Below are positions 62,780-64,000 of a DNA stretch of 64,000 bases, in pieces. The stretch is taken from contig OZ024741.1 of NCBI GenBank assembly GCA_964016885.1, positions 238,638,001-238,702,000 of the forward strand, given 5' to 3'. Numbering within the stretch: position 1 is the first letter of the stretch; each line of letters starts with the position of its first letter. This DNA comes from Eledone cirrhosa. Lineage: Eukaryota. Under the pieces are notes generated by a model. The model had not been told where the DNA came from. It worked only from the letters and a program-made list of their open reading frames with translations, and made no database searches. The position numbers were made by a program, and so were the translations under genes.

Positions 62780-63190
62780 ACTCAATAAATTAATTGTTTC
62801 TACTATTGGCACAAGGCCAGCAATTACGCAGTACATTACTGGTACTTTATTTTATCGACCCCCGTAAGGATGAAAGGCAAAGTTAACCTCGGCGGGATTT
62901 GAACTCAGAATGGCAAGGGCCGTAACTCTATGCGTCAAATCATGGTGTCCGACCCTCTACCGATACTGCCAATTCATTGCCTTCACATGGACTCAATAAA
63001 TTAATTGTTTCTACTTTTGGCACAAGGCCAGCAATCACCCAGTGCATTACTGGTACTTTATTTTATCTACCCCGTAAGGATGAAAGGCAAAGTTAACCTT
63101 GGCGGGATTTGAACTCAGATCGTAAAGGGACGTAACTATGCTGGAAAGCATGGCGTCCGACCTTCTACTGATACTGCCAAATAAATTAAT
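62780..63190 (-). mobile_element. Two head-to-tail tRNA-derived SINEs (Meta-domain-like)
   Basis: 211-bp period; ctggtactttattttatcgaccc..aaggatgaaaggcaaagttaacctcggcgggatttgaactcag. Confidence 0.8.
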
Positions 63191-63451
63191 GTCACTTATG
63201 TAGTCATACAATTACTTCAGTTTAATAATTAACTGTGTTGCTTATAAATCATGCAAGACCTAACTAATAAATCATTCATTAATAATATCTCAACCAAAGT
63301 GGGGCTCCTTGTTTTCTGCCTAAGTCATCTTATCTCCTTTCACCCAACCCTACACCTTTTAAAATCTGTAATCACAGTCGTCATCTCTACTTTCTTTTCT
63401 CCACAATTGATAAGAAATTCTCACAATTCTTTATAAATACCAATTTTCCAT

Positions 63452-63498
63452 CATTATCATCATCATCATCGTCATCATCATCACCACCACTGCCACCG

Positions 63499-63551
<53 letters not shown>

Positions 63552-63800
63552 GTTTTATGTCTATTTTCCATGCATTGGGTAGACAGATTGTCACATTCTA
63601 AGGTCATGTCAGATCACTGTGTCTTGCTCATATGTTCCATTGTGGGATGGTTTCTAAGGCTGGCTGTTTTTCCAGCATATACCAGGTGTGTTTTATCATG
63701 GCACCTCCACTACCATATGACAGGGTGGGATGGGTGTTTTTTATGGTGACATGTATTGTGGCTCCAGCACTATCATTTTCACTGCTATGGCACTCGTTTT
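63452..63800 (-). mobile_element. (CAT)/(CTA)n microsatellite plus decayed RTE tail
   Basis: Triplet repeats followed by ttttatgtctattttccatgcattgggt. Confidence 0.5.
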
Positions 63801-64000
63801 GTCTGCAACTAGGCTGGTGATACAAAGATAGAGTGGTGAGGTGGAGTGGTATGAGTGAGGAGCTGCACGCTGCTTGCCAAAGGAGGGGTTAAGAGGGAAA
63901 AGTGGCTTTAATAATGATATTTGGCAGTTCATAGTGGGATGCACCAGGCTTTCCATGCTGGTGTGGCTGAATGAGAAATTAGGAATCAGGGAGAAGGGAA

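Overview
AT-rich, repeat-dense eukaryotic DNA; the protocadherin type and repeat content point to an octopus (coleoid cephalopod) genome (inference). The only supportable host gene segment is one large minus-strand protocadherin exon (signal peptide, 6 cadherin repeats, TM, start of cytoplasmic tail; CDS 5287->2912, bounded by splice sites). The remaining ~58 kb is intronic or intergenic and filled with mobile DNA: an apparently intact RTE-clade LINE (APE-RT with an inserted PHD-type finger) plus many truncated or decayed relatives, Penelope-like elements (PLEs), mariner remnants, MITEs, a CR1 fragment, tRNA-derived SINEs and microsatellites. The most interesting hidden layer is a set of non-coding fold-back or partial-tandem elements carrying type I hammerhead ribozyme (HHR) folds from several apparently unrelated families. 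These include a 389-bp retrozyme-like unit, a compensatory U3-A8 core variant, a U4A variant in Naiad-like PLE ends, and a half-hammerhead amplified into a 10 x 65-bp array. All folds were read by eye; none was computed or tested.
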